Shown here: positions 25,979 to 39,085 of the stretch, one piece after another
Numbering within the stretch: the stretch's first letter is position 1
Layout: the number at the start of each line of letters is the position of its first letter
Source: Amphiscolops sp. MND2022
Lineage: Eukaryota
Assembly (NCBI GenBank): GCA_964187785.1
Contig: OZ076409.1
Span: 45,262,001 to 45,326,000, forward strand
Direction: 5' to 3'
Length of the DNA stretch: 64,000 nt
Notes under the pieces: model-generated
Databases searched by the model: none
What the model saw: only the letters and a program-made list of their open reading frames with translations
What the model was told of the DNA's origin: nothing
Position numbers and translations under genes: made by a program

Positions 25979-28900
25979 CTAATTGACGAATTTGATACAA
26001 TCATGTAATATTTTGAGTCCATCTAACTTTCGAAGCTGAGCCAGCTGCTCTTCATCGTGGGTTACAAGTTTACTCAGCGCGATCGCAACATTTCCTCGGA
26101 CCGATTCATTGGCATTATTACTCGCAATTGACAGCAACTCTTTGCATAAGTCAGGGTAGTTCTTCACAAGAGTACGTCTGCAAGCTCTTGAGTCAAGCAA
26201 AAAACTCAACACAAGTGCAGCATTTGCGCACCCGTGGAAGTCTGTTGATTTGGAGGAGATGCGAATGAAAGCCATCAACTCTGCTCCTTTATTGTCGAAT
26301 TCATCCATATATTCCATTCTTAATGACTGATCCACATTTTTGAACAACACAGCCAAGAAATGCGTGGCATGTCGACATAAAATTTGGAGGTCTTCTAATA
26401 ACCCGGAACACTGGTTGTATTGCTGCAGAAACTGGACTACGTTTTCCAAGATTTTCGGACTCCATATCTTCTCACACATTTCTTTGGAATGACTAATTTG
26501 GCGTAAAACGCGCAAGTTCCTTTCATGGATTGATCTTTTGGACAGGCAGATTGATTCATTTAGTTTGGAAGCTGAGTCTAAAATTTGCGAACTATATTTT
26601 GTTACGAAATCACCGTTCGTGTGCAAACTGTTGAAGACGATTCCAAGTCCACAAATAATAACTTCATCACACCACTCGTCACTGCACAATTTGAGCACAT
26701 TTTCAAAAAATGTTGCGTTTTGCGACAACGTCTGTCTCAAACGTTGCCTTTGGTAGAAATGCTCCAATATTTGTAAAACCGTGGAAACAGTATCAGCGTC
26801 ATCATTTGGCAAAACTTGAACAATTTCATCAGCTAATGTATTATTGGATAGGAAAACATCTACAAATTCTTTTTGCTCAGCCAGAATAAGTATTATTCTC
26901 AGTTTGAGATCCAATATTTTCCGGTCGCAATGAAGCAAGTTGAAACAAAGACTATGGACAATTTTTTGCCAGCCAAACATTTTAGTAAACTCTCTTTGAA
27001 GTATTTTCTCAGCTTTGGAAAACTGCAATATAAACTGTAGTGCAGACAGTTGAATGGCATCTGCAGATGAGGTAAAAGCTTTCTGCAGAAATCCAAACGC
27101 CTCTGGAAACTTCTGAGACAAGTCTTGAAGATTCGGCAGACACTTTGCTGATAGAATGGAAAGAAGCTCAATCAAGGCACACGCGAGGCTAACTTGCAAC
27201 TCGTCTTTGGGTTGCAGTTTATCTAACTTTGCGACCGATGAAAGGCGTTTTGAATGGAATTCTCGCAGAACTGAAAAGCCATCTTCACTCCTAAAAACGG
27301 TAAGATCTATCTCCGTGCGAAGCATCGCTGCCATGCAATTCAGGCAACCGATATAAAAGAAGGGCGCTTCGTTCTCTCGTCTCAAAGCGTGTAAGACTCC
27401 TTCAATTGTCTTGAAATCTTCTGAATTTTCTTCTTTAGCCTGAAATCGATACAAAAACAATTGAAAATACCGAAGATTCTAAAAGCAAGAATTTTCAAAA
27501 TTTATTTATGATAAAATTAGGTCATTTTTTCATTGGTTAGCTGCTAATTTGATTCCTTATTTTCTGCCTGAGAAAATAGAGGAAACATGATGGAATAGTC
27601 AGTGTCTGAAACTTAGGCTATTCGAAACTCACTTCATGAACTTTCTGTTTCAACTGATGACTTTTATCCAATTCGTCGACCAACTGCATGTACTCAGCGA
27701 TGATTTTCTTGCTCTGAGGATTCAGATCTAAAGCCTCGTCCAGAATGCTTCGCGCCTCTTCGAATTTATTCAGCATCGCAATTGCTTTTGACTTGTGCAC
27801 GAACGCTTTCAAACATTTATCGTCAATTCGGAAAGCAAAATCGCAATCCTCGATGGCCGCTTCGAATTTTCCGATTTTAATCAATACCTGGAAAAGAAAA
27901 AAATTTGGTCCAAAAAGACTGAATTTATCAAATGCTAGCAAATAGTAGCTTTCAGTACCTAAAAATTGTATTTTGCTTCGAATTTTATAATTTTATATCC
28001 TTCCGTGACTTTTTTTCAGGATTCTAAAATTAAAACAAGCAACATATAGAGCCCGATACCGAGTGACACTTTTTTTGAAGATCATTCGTCAACTCTTCAA
28101 GAAACAACTTGAAAAATTTGGTACCCTGATTCGTTTCAAAAACAAAAATGATACAAATATCAAGTCTCGATATTGTCAGAATGCTTCACCCAAATGGTTG
28201 CAAATATACAGAAAGTCTTTGGGATAAAGAATTATAATTCATCAATACAGGTCAACTTAATCAGCCATGTGAACCTAATCATAATATTGACATTGAACCT
28301 GGGCGCGATTGGTCCACAAAGGCAGGTTGTCTTTCATGATATCGATAGCTTGAGAGTACAAGTCATAAGCTCCCTGGTAATCACCAGCAGCGAACTTCTC
28401 GTTGCCACGTGTCTTCAAGACGTCGCTTTCTTCTTTCCTTTTCCTGCGAGCATCAGCTCTTTTGGCTGCGTCATTTGCTATCTCTTCCATCCATGATTCT
28501 TTCGACTGTTCGTGCCGAGCTTAAAAAGAAAAACATTTCCAGAAATGAAGGGAAAGTTTTAGAGTTCTCGATTTTCAGGAAAGTCATCCAGGAAGTCTGT
28601 TCAGTACTATCTCGGTTTGAAGCAATTTTAAAATTGATCACAGTTTGGAATGATGAAGATTTGATGTAATAACTGACTAAGATTCATTATCGAATTCATG
28701 AGAAAATCTGGAAATTCACGAGACACGCGTGAACAGAAGTAAATTATCAATTTATGTTAATTTCAGCCGGATCCATATGAAATATAGACCGACGAATACA
28801 AAGACTTTTCATCGGTTTTTCCATTGAGTTTTTTTCCAATCCGCTCGGAGTGCCCCTTTTGGATATTTTTAAGCACTGCGAATTTACGAAATTTTCTTGT

Positions 28901-31900
28901 AACTGCACATGAGTAGTAATTAACGCTTCTCTTTAACTGAAACCATCAAATAGCTTGCTTGGTTTTGTCTAGCTTTGCAAACAGCGTAGAAGCATATGCA
29001 GTAGTGTTCCAAAATATCGCAACTCCATTAATCAAAATGACTATATTCAATATTTGACATCATTTGGTCAGATAAATCTTAATGGTACAAACTAAACACA
29101 ATTAAAACAAAATTGTATTTATTCATTTGTGGACACATATCTGACCGGGACGCAGAAAGCTTTACAGCTCTAGGGTATACACTCCTAAAACTAAATAAAA
29201 ACGGGGAAAAAAGAAGATAGTCAGGTACAATGGAGAGAGTCACTAGAAAATATGCAACTCTAACCAAAAATGAGGTGGAAAGTTTTTTCACTGTCAAGGA
29301 TGTACAGTTCTTTGAAATTCAATATGATTTATAAAATAATATTTTGTCCACATTTACTTTAAAATTTAGGTAAAAGATCGTCTTTTACTTTAAAAAAAAT
29401 TGCAACACTTTGTAACTTTCCCGGCTAATGAGTTCTTGGCTGTAACATTTCGCGAAAAAGGGGTTGAATTAGTCCAGCATTTTGAGATCGAGTCGTCAGT
29501 TGGAAAGCTCAATTTTGATTGTCAAAAAACCATTCTAATTGTCGAAAAACCATAAATTTGAAATAGTTTCTTTGGAAATTTCACAAACTTTTCATTTTAG
29601 GCTTCATAGACAAGCCGGAAACGGTCGCTACATTTTTCAAAAAAATCGTTCGTATAATTCGTTTTTGCATTAAGAGAATCTCATTCAGCACTGAATGTCT
29701 TGCACCTCCATATATGAGCAGCCCCTAGAGCATAATTGGTATTGAAAACGCTGGATAAAACATTAAGAGTTTTCAGGGAAAAACGATATCGTGCCTTGTG
29801 AACCAAACAAATTGAATTTAGCTAATCTTTTCTGGATACTCACAATATGGCTAACAAAACTCAATCTTTTGTCTATACTAACACCTAGGTACTTGAAGTC
29901 ATCTACAAAATCTATTTCGCCGGCTAAACTTTCAAGTTCGTAAATTTCTGTTGGTTCTAGTTTTTCCAAAGGGTAAAATTGTACACCTAGATACGTTGAG
30001 TCATTTTCTTGACAGAAAACCAAGCATTCATGCTTTCTAAGCCGAACTCTATGTCTTTTGTTACAATTTTACAGCTTTTAGAAGATTTAGCATTGCCGTA
30101 TCATTAGAAAAAACCCATTTGATATTTTACACGTTTCAGGCAAATTACTCATCTATATAAAAAAAGTGGGCTCAAGATTGAACCTTGTAGAACTTCATAT
30201 TCGATGCTCTGCGATGATGATTTTCCATTACCCGAAAAAACGAATTGTTCTCTATCAGATAGGTAGTCTCTGAGCAAACTTCCAATATTGAGAACGTAAT
30301 CCAAAGCTGTTTAGTTTTTTATTAGGATCATGACCTACCAAAGTATCAAATGATATTTTTCGAATGATAGCTGCCAAGCCATTGTGTTTTTTGTCAACTG
30401 TTTTTCGCATAAATTCGGTGAATACAGCAACTGCATGTGCACAAGAACGATTTTCTCTGGAACCGAATTGTTCAGTAGTTGGTAGTTTATGCTTCGTCAA
30501 AAATTTTGCTGAGCGAAGTCAAACGACTGATGGCCGATAATTGTCCGGTAAGGAAGAATCACCTTTTCTTTGAAGCCGAAGAACTTTCGCTATTTTAATA
30601 GACTTAGGAAACTGAAATTTGTGAACACTCTTTGAAAACATCGCCTAAAATTGACTTAAACTGGATGCCACCATGACCAGAAGAACTTCTGTTCTTTAAG
30701 TGTCAGATTATACTATAAACTTAGCTGCATTAGTATCGAAAAGAGCAAAGGTTTGAACACGTCCGTCTGCAACAAAATCAATATTAGTTAATGATTTACT
30801 ACACTTAATTGACAGTTTTTTCCCCTATACTTACGTTGAATTTCTCAACTTTTACCTCTTTTTTTTCTGTTTCTTTCCCCACATAAATGGTTAAAACAGT
30901 TTATTATTTCTCCAGAATTGGTCAAGTTTTTGATTTTCTTGTCATATCAGGATCCTTTTGCTTTCCGAACTTCACTGGTGACCGAGATTTCCCATAAACT
31001 GTCGTTCTTTTTGCTAGCACCTCTGATGTAAGAGGCGTGTACTTTATGACGGATTTTGTTTAATGATTTGATATGCTTTGTTACCACATTTGATCGTTTT
31101 TTCGAAGCATCAAAAGTTTTGTAAGGAGCATACTTCTCGGAAGCTGAATTGAGGACATCGGTGAGGTACTCTTACTTGCTTTCTATAATGTCACACTGAA
31201 AATTACGGATTGCTTGGTCACTGTAGAACAAAACAAAAAATTCAAATGATCCTCTTTAGAAAAGCCGGAAAAGCTGCGAAACTGATTGACAATATCATCG
31301 TGGCAACGCTTTTTAATGGGAAATTTCGAAGCGTAGTGGTCACTGATTTCGCATTTGAGACTTTCAACTTTTATTTCTCCAAATGCCATTCAGAGAACAA
31401 GGCCTTTCGAAGCCGACGGTCTCTTGAGTTGGCTCTTTAATCTGCCTAGATAGTCCAGAAGATTTCAAACATTTCCAGTCATTTGATTTTACAATCTAAA
31501 TTTTCAAGCACATCAATATTGAAACTTACGAGAATGGATTCTGCTCTCATTTCAAAGAAATCAGTTAGAAGACAATCCTACTTCATCAGTGACAGTAGTA
31601 GCATCTGGTGGTCTATAATTCAGGCAGAGATTCAGCAGACCTAAAGCGTCCCGTTGGATAATACCAATTATGTGTTCATATTAGATTTGAATTTGGTTGC
31701 AGTGTAATTCACATTTTCCCGCAGAAAAACTAAACCGCCACCAAGTTTGTGCAGTCTATTTGATTTTTCAATTTCAAAGTAATCGCCGAGCCATTAAAAG
31801 ATCAGTAGGGTCATTATCTGTCAACCAAGTCTCACAAAGGCAAATCAACAAGGCTTTACTTCAAACTCATCGAAAGTAAAAATTATTTGGTCATGATGGC

Positions 31901-34531
31901 ACCTAAGGGAACGTATCTTCGTGTAAAAAATGGCTGATGTTTCAGAAGGTTTCAAAGTTCCTATCTTCATTGCAAGCTGAAAAAACTTGAAATACGCAAA
32001 GTTCAGAGATTTGAAGAAGTAATTGCAGTCAAATTGTTGGAAGGATAAGCTTCAAGTGTGGGGAGGTTTGAGTTTCAAACTATATTTCCATTATTATGGA
32101 AAATTGACTGCAAGGACATCAATTTACAGTACCTCGTCCATTGATGCCATTTTCGCGACAGTTTTTCAATGATTGCAGGCCCTCCTCATCTGGTGACGAC
32201 CGTTTTCGTTTCAAGGAAGATTTCGTTTGATTTTCCACAAACTTAGATGGTTCAGGCGCCATTACAATTTTTCTTGCTGCACTTGAGATGGCATTTTTCA
32301 ACAGCAATGTCTTTGACATCCGGTGAGTCATGTACCGCTTTCACATAATTCAACTTGAAACTTTTGTATCCTCAATCGAAACTTTTGGTGGAAGCTGTAA
32401 CGACAAATGCATGTAGTTAATAACCCTTCTTCTTCAGCTTCGTTTCTGATTTCGCGCTGTTTCGGTGGAGAAAATAGGCTGACCATTAAGAGGGTTAGAT
32501 GACCTCGATAGCCACGATTTTCGGCCATAAATCCACCAAAACACACAAACTTGACAATAATTGCTGGCGCATATTTTTAATTCTTCCAGGGCCCAAGCGG
32601 ATCACAAGCTTCAAAACGACCACGATGGGTCTCATTTGATATAGGATTTCAAAAAGTCCCATACCTGATGACTGAGAAGGGGTACATTACCATTGTCGCA
32701 GTTTTCATTAGAAAATTCTCCATTATTATGCAGTCTATTGATGAATAGACATTAAAGTGCATAGGCAAGCTTTTTCTGAGCGTTTTGCGGAAATCAGGAC
32801 ACGAAATCTCAGAAACCGAGACGCGTGCACTGAATTCATTCCCCTTTGATGTCGACTGCCTCAGCTTCATTTGTAGTTACAATCTTACTTTCCGCAATTT
32901 TGTGCCTTGGCAGGTTAATGGGGCCAATTCATTGCCACTTACGCCAGGCCTTAATAGGGCCAATTATATTGAGAGCAAATAGTGCAATGTGGCTCAGATT
33001 CCAGAACTTTATTCATTAGAATAATTCGTACACCTACATTCCGCAACATTTATAATACGTTTCCGCATTTTATCTCTTGAAATCAGATGAAAATTGCTAG
33101 AAAAGATAATGTTCGGAAACAAGCTTCTGTTAAATGAAGTTTCACGATTTGACCCACGAATGGAACCAAAATATCTCCAATTCCACTCTAACTATTCCAA
33201 TAAAATCTTCATTTTTTTCAGATTTGATGGTCATATTTGTTACATTTTAGGTATGAATTTGCCTCAATTCGGCGTTCTCGAGTGCTTCTGTAGCACCTTT
33301 GATTTCGAAAGTGGCCATGCTTCGAGAATAAGTTCAACTCTTGTTGCGTAATAATTTGAAACAACGCTCACTGCACAAACGTCCGTTCTCTAGCTTTGCA
33401 TTCGTTTTCATGGCGAAATTCAAAACCAAATAACTCGCAAACTGTTACCAATACAAAAAATCGTCAATTAGGAAAGTTTCTTCGAATTTTATCTACTTTA
33501 CAAAAATGTTTGTTTGAAATTTCTAACACCCATATTGAGAAACTTAGAAATTGCAAATTGTTGGGAATCTAATTGAAATTTGAGTTTTTTTCGAATTGGG
33601 TACCTTAAAATCAACATTTTTGGAAATTGTTTCTATTCGGAGACACTTTATAATCTGAAGCTATTGAATTGTCCTGATCGAGAATTGGTTTGAAATCAAG
33701 AAAATTGTACTCTATTTTGTGTTTGGGAACATTGCAACACATGTAAGGGATCTTTTAAAACCGCTGATAGCATCAGTTTATGCAAGAACTCAACTCTCAA
33801 AATAGGCTACAAGGATTGTATTTATAAAATTGATGATTCTCATTTGAAATCGAAAAAGTTTTTCAATCAAATTACACCAGCATCCTCGGGAGATTTGGGG
33901 GCAAAGGGCTGGCCGAAAGAGTTTCAAAAATATTTTTTCAACATGTGAAAATCGAGAAAAGTGCTAATTTGATTTTAAAAAATTGTCGAAAATTGCCATT
34001 ACTAACTATATAATTTTTATCGCAGAAATTTCAAAGAAGCATTTTTTGTAAACTAGATAAAATTCTAAGAAACTTTTCTAGCTGAGCAATTTTCGTATTC
34101 CTGGCAGCTTCAAGATATTTGAATGGATTCGAAATTAACAACTTTAAGCAATGGAGTTTTTTAAAGCAATATTTTAAAACGCTACTGTAATTTGCCCTAT
34201 GATAGCGCCTTACATTTAGTCGTAAATTTAACAAAAGAACGAAGAAATGTATGTAATCCGTCAGTTCGTCTTTTTAAAAAGTTACGACAGACTGTTGATT
34301 CCTGAAAAAGCGCAGACTAAAAACCATAAAGATCTCACCCGGTGGGTCGTCTGTGACTTTATTGATTCTAGAGCTGTTGAAACCCAAGTTCTCGTCTCGT
34401 TTATTCCTCTTCTTGAGCAATTTGTCAGCTTTTTCATTGGCTTCGTCATTTCCAGCAACTAAACCCTGGATTACTCCACTCACTTCGTCTACTTCGGACA
34501 AAAACTTTTCCAGGTTTGGATCACCGGACAT
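25979..34531 (-). CDS. TTC12: Tetratricopeptide repeat protein 12 (TPR plus ARM-like repeats), ~709 aa
   Basis: Phase-consistent GT-AG exons 34339-34531, 28299-28519, 27633-27887, 25979-27439. N-terminus LEKFLSEVDEVS, TPR segment LKTRGNEKFAAGDY...LWTNRAQ...DCDFAFRIDDKCLKAF and C-terminus GNVAIALSKLVTHDEEQLAQLRKLDGLKILH all resemble TTC12 as recalled. Confidence 0.92.
29300..32900 (-). mobile_element. Near full-length decayed CR1-type LINE in TTC12 intron 1
   Basis: Minus-strand APE motifs (LICLCETWLTD, GGG, YRPPD at ~31600-31920) and RT motifs (NYRP, QFGSR, VLQGSILSPLFF, FKYLGVSID at ~29860-30545). Weak PHD-like remnant near 32550-32620. Boundaries approximate. Confidence 0.8.
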
Positions 34532-35040
34532 ATTCTAACTGAAACACTGTCAACATAACCAATGATTCCAACATGGAGTTACTATAGCGAAAATTGATAT
34601 AGCGATCAATACTGTTGTTCAGAAAATGGTCGCTTACCGGAAAAGAACCCTCGCAGAAAAACGTCTTCCTTTACAAGATCTCTGCGTACACATCACTTCT
34701 TAAAAATGTCATAAAACAATCTCGCAACAAATTAATTTTGTTCTAACATCTAGTGAGGAAAACGTAAAACGATTTTTTAAGGATTGCATCAGAAGCCAAA
34801 GTCTTACAAGATCTGAAAAGTATCCAAATTTTTCTCCAACGAAAGCGATTCTGATTAGTTTGTATTGCATAGGGCAGAGCCGTGACTGTGATAGCGAGAC
34901 CAAAGGTCTATATTTCGTTGAAGGGCGATTTTGCATCTAATAGCGACACAATAGCAAACTAGTGAATGCCTGTACAGCATTGTAGATTTGTCAAGACTGA
35001 AATTTGAACGACACCTGTGAAAATTTGTAAACAAATTTCA

Positions 35041-35329
35041 ACACAGAGGCGAAGCGGTGCTTCGCAACACATGACGAAGACATCGATTATTTTAATATGC
35101 GTATATATTATTTTAATCGCATGCGTATATATTCAACAGTTCAACTTTGTTCAATAACGTCCCTATGGCACAGTGGTCAACACTTATGCCGTGCAATCGG
35201 GAGGCTGCAGGTTCGAATCTCTCTGGGGTTTTGGCTTTCATCTAAAAGGCGCTCATTATGAAGTTGACTATAGTGGAAAAAAAACTTACTTAGCTGGGGA
35301 CTGCAATGCACATTGACTTCGTCATGTGC
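35041..35329 (-). mobile_element. Non-autonomous Helentron/Helitron2-type element (HINE-like), short copy, carrying a tRNA-like module
   Basis: Asymmetric subterminal inverted repeat CACATGACGAAG/CTTCGTCATGTG; terminal hairpin GCGAAGC-GGT-GCTTCGC; A/T-run flanks; second, longer copy at 60454-60897. Confidence 0.7.
35159..35230 (+). pseudogene. tRNA-like (pseudo-tRNA or SINE head) sequence inside the HINE-like element
   Basis: A box TGGCACAGTGG and B box GGTTCGAATC with tRNA spacing; acceptor and T stems are degenerate. Confidence 0.6.
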
Positions 35330-36012
35330 AAAAAGTTCATCCATGCTTTCCACATAAGTTTTTGGGATGAAACCATTGACAAAAATTTCCGGAAATAATC
35401 CAGTTTCAAACAGATTCCTAAAAAATCACTTTTTGAATTTGAAGAAAGTGCAAACTCAGTAACTTTGACAGCATCCAAATCGTGGACTATAAGTTTTGTA
35501 GAAAGTGGAAGAGACCATTTGTATTCGTGAAAATACTAACTAGCACACCAACTATACAGTAATTGCAGTGGCTGGACTTATATGAATCTGTTTCGAAATG
35601 GCCCAACTGTTTTTGAAGTATTCAGTTTAGAATTTTAACGCACAGCTAGTGCAACTGGGTAACGTCCACATTTCACACTGACCTTTCAAACGGGACCTTA
35701 TCATAACTTGAATTATCTAAACAAAAATTTGTTGAAATTAGCTGAACTAAACTCTCGCTCTAGATTGAAAACAAAACTGATGGAAATATTTCTGTTTCAG
35801 CCAAAAAGGCTTTCATTAATAGTTGCAGAACGTATCAACCGAATGCTAGAAAATATCGATACTTACAGCACGTTAAAAATGACTGGGATAGAAATTGGAA
35901 AAGAAATTCAAACTTAGTTGGTTACATTTGGATTTTGCGAGTGAAGGTGACGGTAGAAAACACAATTCTATTGTTTAATCTACAAAAAAGTACGAAGGCC
36001 AAAAGATAAAAT

Positions 36013-37902
36013 TCAAGAAACTTTCGTTTCAGGTGTCTGTAGGTTGGGGCTTTTGGATGTGCCGAAATTGTTGGAATCAAATTCCAGGGTTCTTTTTCTG
36101 GCCACGCTGTGCCGACCAGGAGACGAAGGCAAAGGAGTGAAGGCTGATCGGGCACCGCTGGTGACAGAGCTCTCCAGCTTGTAGCTACTCAAACCACTAG
36201 AAGCAGCACCTCCATTGTGAGATCCAACTGCACTGGTGTGAAAACTGTTGGCCGTAGTAGGTGAACTTGCACCGGCACCTGAAGAATTGCTCATATGTTG
36301 TGGGGCACCATTCGCTGCGCTCTCAGCACCACCTGATGCCACATGGCCGTATTGGGCAGAAGTTGTGAAGCCGATGAGCAGCTGAGAGCCAATTTTGATG
36401 GGCTGACAAGGTAATCCATATAACTGCGTGGTAATTTGTGGGGATGCGCTCACCCATCCGTCATCTTTGCTAATGAAAGGTTGCTCTATGCTGGCCGTAG
36501 TCGTCAAAGAAGAAGAATTTGATATCAATGTAATTTCGATAGAGGGTTTCTGTGTGACGCCTACACCATTAGACATCTGTATCTTATCAACCTTAGCAAA
36601 CTTTAAACAATTGCTCCCACTAAATTGCATGAGATCATCGGCTGTTATCTCTTCGATTCTTTTAAGCGTCTTGTTGCCAAGCTCGATCACACTGCCTTTC
36701 ATGTAGTGAGGAGCATTGTGGCTGTCAGAACTACCTGGTTCACTTTCATCTGCCATTGTGCTCTCTTCAGTGCTTTGAGAGAACGGAAATGATTCCAATC
36801 TGGATCGAGGTTGTGTGTCTTGTTGTTCTGAAGAGGCCGGTTCATCGGTTTCGATATCTTCCACCGTCTCCATTGTCGGGGTGACCGAGTCACATGACCT
36901 GATAGCAGGAATAACCGCGCTAGAGGACTGCATTGCTTGGTCAATCTCTTCGTTGATATCATACAAACAGTTTCCATTATCTGCAACACAATTCAGTCCA
37001 GAATTACCAATACAGTCAAACTCGGATAAAAGAAAGTCAGATGGCGGTAAGGAAAGAGTTTCTTTTATCCATAGTTTCTTTTATCAGTTGTCCTTTATCA
37101 TTATAATGTCTAGTATAAAAGCGGAGGAGTGAAAACGCTTCTTATATCCAAATGTTTCTTTTATTCGTCTTTCTCTTCTCCGAGTTCGACTGTACTAGCA
37201 AAATACAAGCGATAAATAAAATTCTCTTGACTTTAATATTCAAAATTCATTGCATGTGCTCATACATTTGAATTACATCAGAAACTGTAGCGACATAAAA
37301 CGTGAAAAAAATCAGAGTTCAATAAGTAATATACTCTATATATTGAAAGAAAAAAGCTTTTGCTACTCACTGCTTGAATTAGCCGACGGACTAAGTAGAG
37401 GGCTGTGCTGCTCGGACGTGACAGGACTGGAAACTGAAGAAGTGGAGGGACTGTTGTTGGTTGTTGGACATCCACTACTGAGATTGGTGGGACTTGATCT
37501 GTTTTGCAGTTTGTAGTGGATTTTGGCGGGATACCGTGTTGACAAGGGCGACGTTGAAGATGTGGTTGCTGTGCCCAGAAGAGAGGAAGAAACAGAAGAG
37601 GATGTTTGTGTCGATGTTGCACTGGAGGTACCACCCAAAGCAGAAGTGGAAGGCATTCTAGACATAGTTGCAGTAGAAGGGACAGTTAATGAAGACGTCT
37701 GTTGCTGAAACTGGGGCGCTGAAGCTTCTCTACCACTCACACACAATTCACTAGAGTGATCTTCACTGCTCCTGGTTGATGCTGCTGAGGAGAATGCTGT
37801 CGTGACGTCACAAGAGGCAGAGTTGCCATTCGATTCTTGACTGCTGGTACTGCCACTGTTGTTATGGTTCATCTTCCCCAACGGAGGCTCCAATCTTTCC
37901 AT
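36013..37902 (-). CDS. ATXN1: Ataxin-1 family AXH-domain protein, ~499 aa
   Basis: Exons 37371-37902 and 36013-36980 (phase-1 GT-AG intron). AXH domain HYMKGSVIELGNKTLKRIEEITADD...IEQPFISKDDGWVSASPQITTQLYGLPCQPIKIG. Ser/Thr-rich flanks. ATXN1 vs ATXN1L cannot be distinguished. Confidence 0.85.
37013..37192. mobile_element. Tc1/mariner (pogo/Tigger-like) MITE in the ataxin-1 intron
   Basis: 24-bp TIR CAGTCAAACTCGGATAAAAGAAAG vs CAGTCGAACTCGGAGAAGAGAAAG (21/24); TA flanks on both sides. Confidence 0.85.
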
Positions 37903-38419
37903 TCATGTAACATTGATTATACAAAAAATCTGAAAATTAAATAAAAACTGGCTACCTTCAGTCTGGCATAAAGAAAATGATAGTACCACCCACAATTGTC
38001 AATACAGAAAACACTCTCACATCTTCTACTTGGAAAAGGACAATGCTAGAAATTTACTAAAAATGATTATTGATTTCACCAAATCTTAAGTTGCTAGATA
38101 TCAGCGTATCAACGAACAAGCACTTCTCAATTCTAATTAAAATGCGACTAAAAGAAACAATGACCGATTCAGCGGGAAGAAAAACAGGATTTGAAGAATT
38201 GAAATTTTACCAATTTATACATTTATCACAACAAAATTCAACATTCAGATTATATTGCAAATTATGCTTTTCTATTTACTAATTTTGGTCGAATATTTTC
38301 AATACCAATAGACAATCTGTATAAACTACAAATAATAGTTTATGACTTCCAGTCTGTGTCTTCTTTCAATTGCTGAAACAAAGTAAATATTGTTGAAGTA
38401 GACAAAGCCTCGATTTATG

Positions 38420-38870
38420 TATAACAAACAGGCCAAAAATACCCGAAGGGATACCCATGAGACTCAAAAACAGCTTTTTCGCTAACTGGAAACAAAGAAC
38501 CAAATTTTTGAAAACCATTTTTTTCTCGGAAAACAATCTCATAGTACCAGAAAACTCGACAAGAGACCCTTTAAGCTAGCTTTTTCCAAGCCGACAACAT
38601 TTTAAAAGGTGATGGGGGTACCCTTCAACCAACAGATTTTTTTAAACAAGTCGCAGTGCCAAAAAAATCGAAGAAGCCGTTTGGTCTCCCCTCTAGTTTT
38701 GCAAGCATAAAAAACTTCTGGTCCAGCGCAGGATTCGAACCCACGTACATCTGATTCCCAGCCGCGCACTCGTCTACGCAGAGTCGCACTTATCCTCGAG
38801 GTCAATGTCTATGAAATGGATCTTATGTTTATAAAAATGGGTCAGTTCACTTGTCTTCAAAAAAGCCACA
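38420..38870. repeat. Interspersed repeat with minus-strand tRNA B-box, related to repeats at 59789-61330
   Basis: GGATTCGAACCCACGT at ~38731 resembles GGACTCGAACCCACGT at ~61040. GTCGCAGTGCCAAAAAA and TTGGTCTCCCCTCTA segments are shared with the 59950-60450 region. Confidence 0.55.
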
Positions 38871-39085
38871 AGCAATTTCACATTTAGTTCCATCTTCAAT
38901 CAATTCCAATTAACTTGGAAAATCAATTCCAATCAGTTGCCAGGAAGAATATTATAGTTAAATACAATTAACACAGTATTAAAAGGATGCCGGGCTTTTT
39001 TAAAAGATCAAGGAACTTGCAATGTCTTCATATTTACCAAAAACTTAATTATCAGAAGAAATATCAAGTTGTCAAAACGCATAGT

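Noticed and set aside
26538..27356. Short overlapping ORFs on other frames or strands within TTC12 (and similar ones within WWC, ataxin-1 and TYMS exons)
   Set aside because: Shadow ORFs of real coding exons with no independent motifs.
32950..34200. Large MITE bounded by ATAGGGC(C/A)AATTA inverted motifs
   Set aside because: Only a short imperfect match, with no clear termini or TSD.
35159..35230. Functional tRNA gene (also 60575-60646)
   Set aside because: Acceptor and T stems pair poorly, the anticodon region differs between copies, and both lie within a repeated element.
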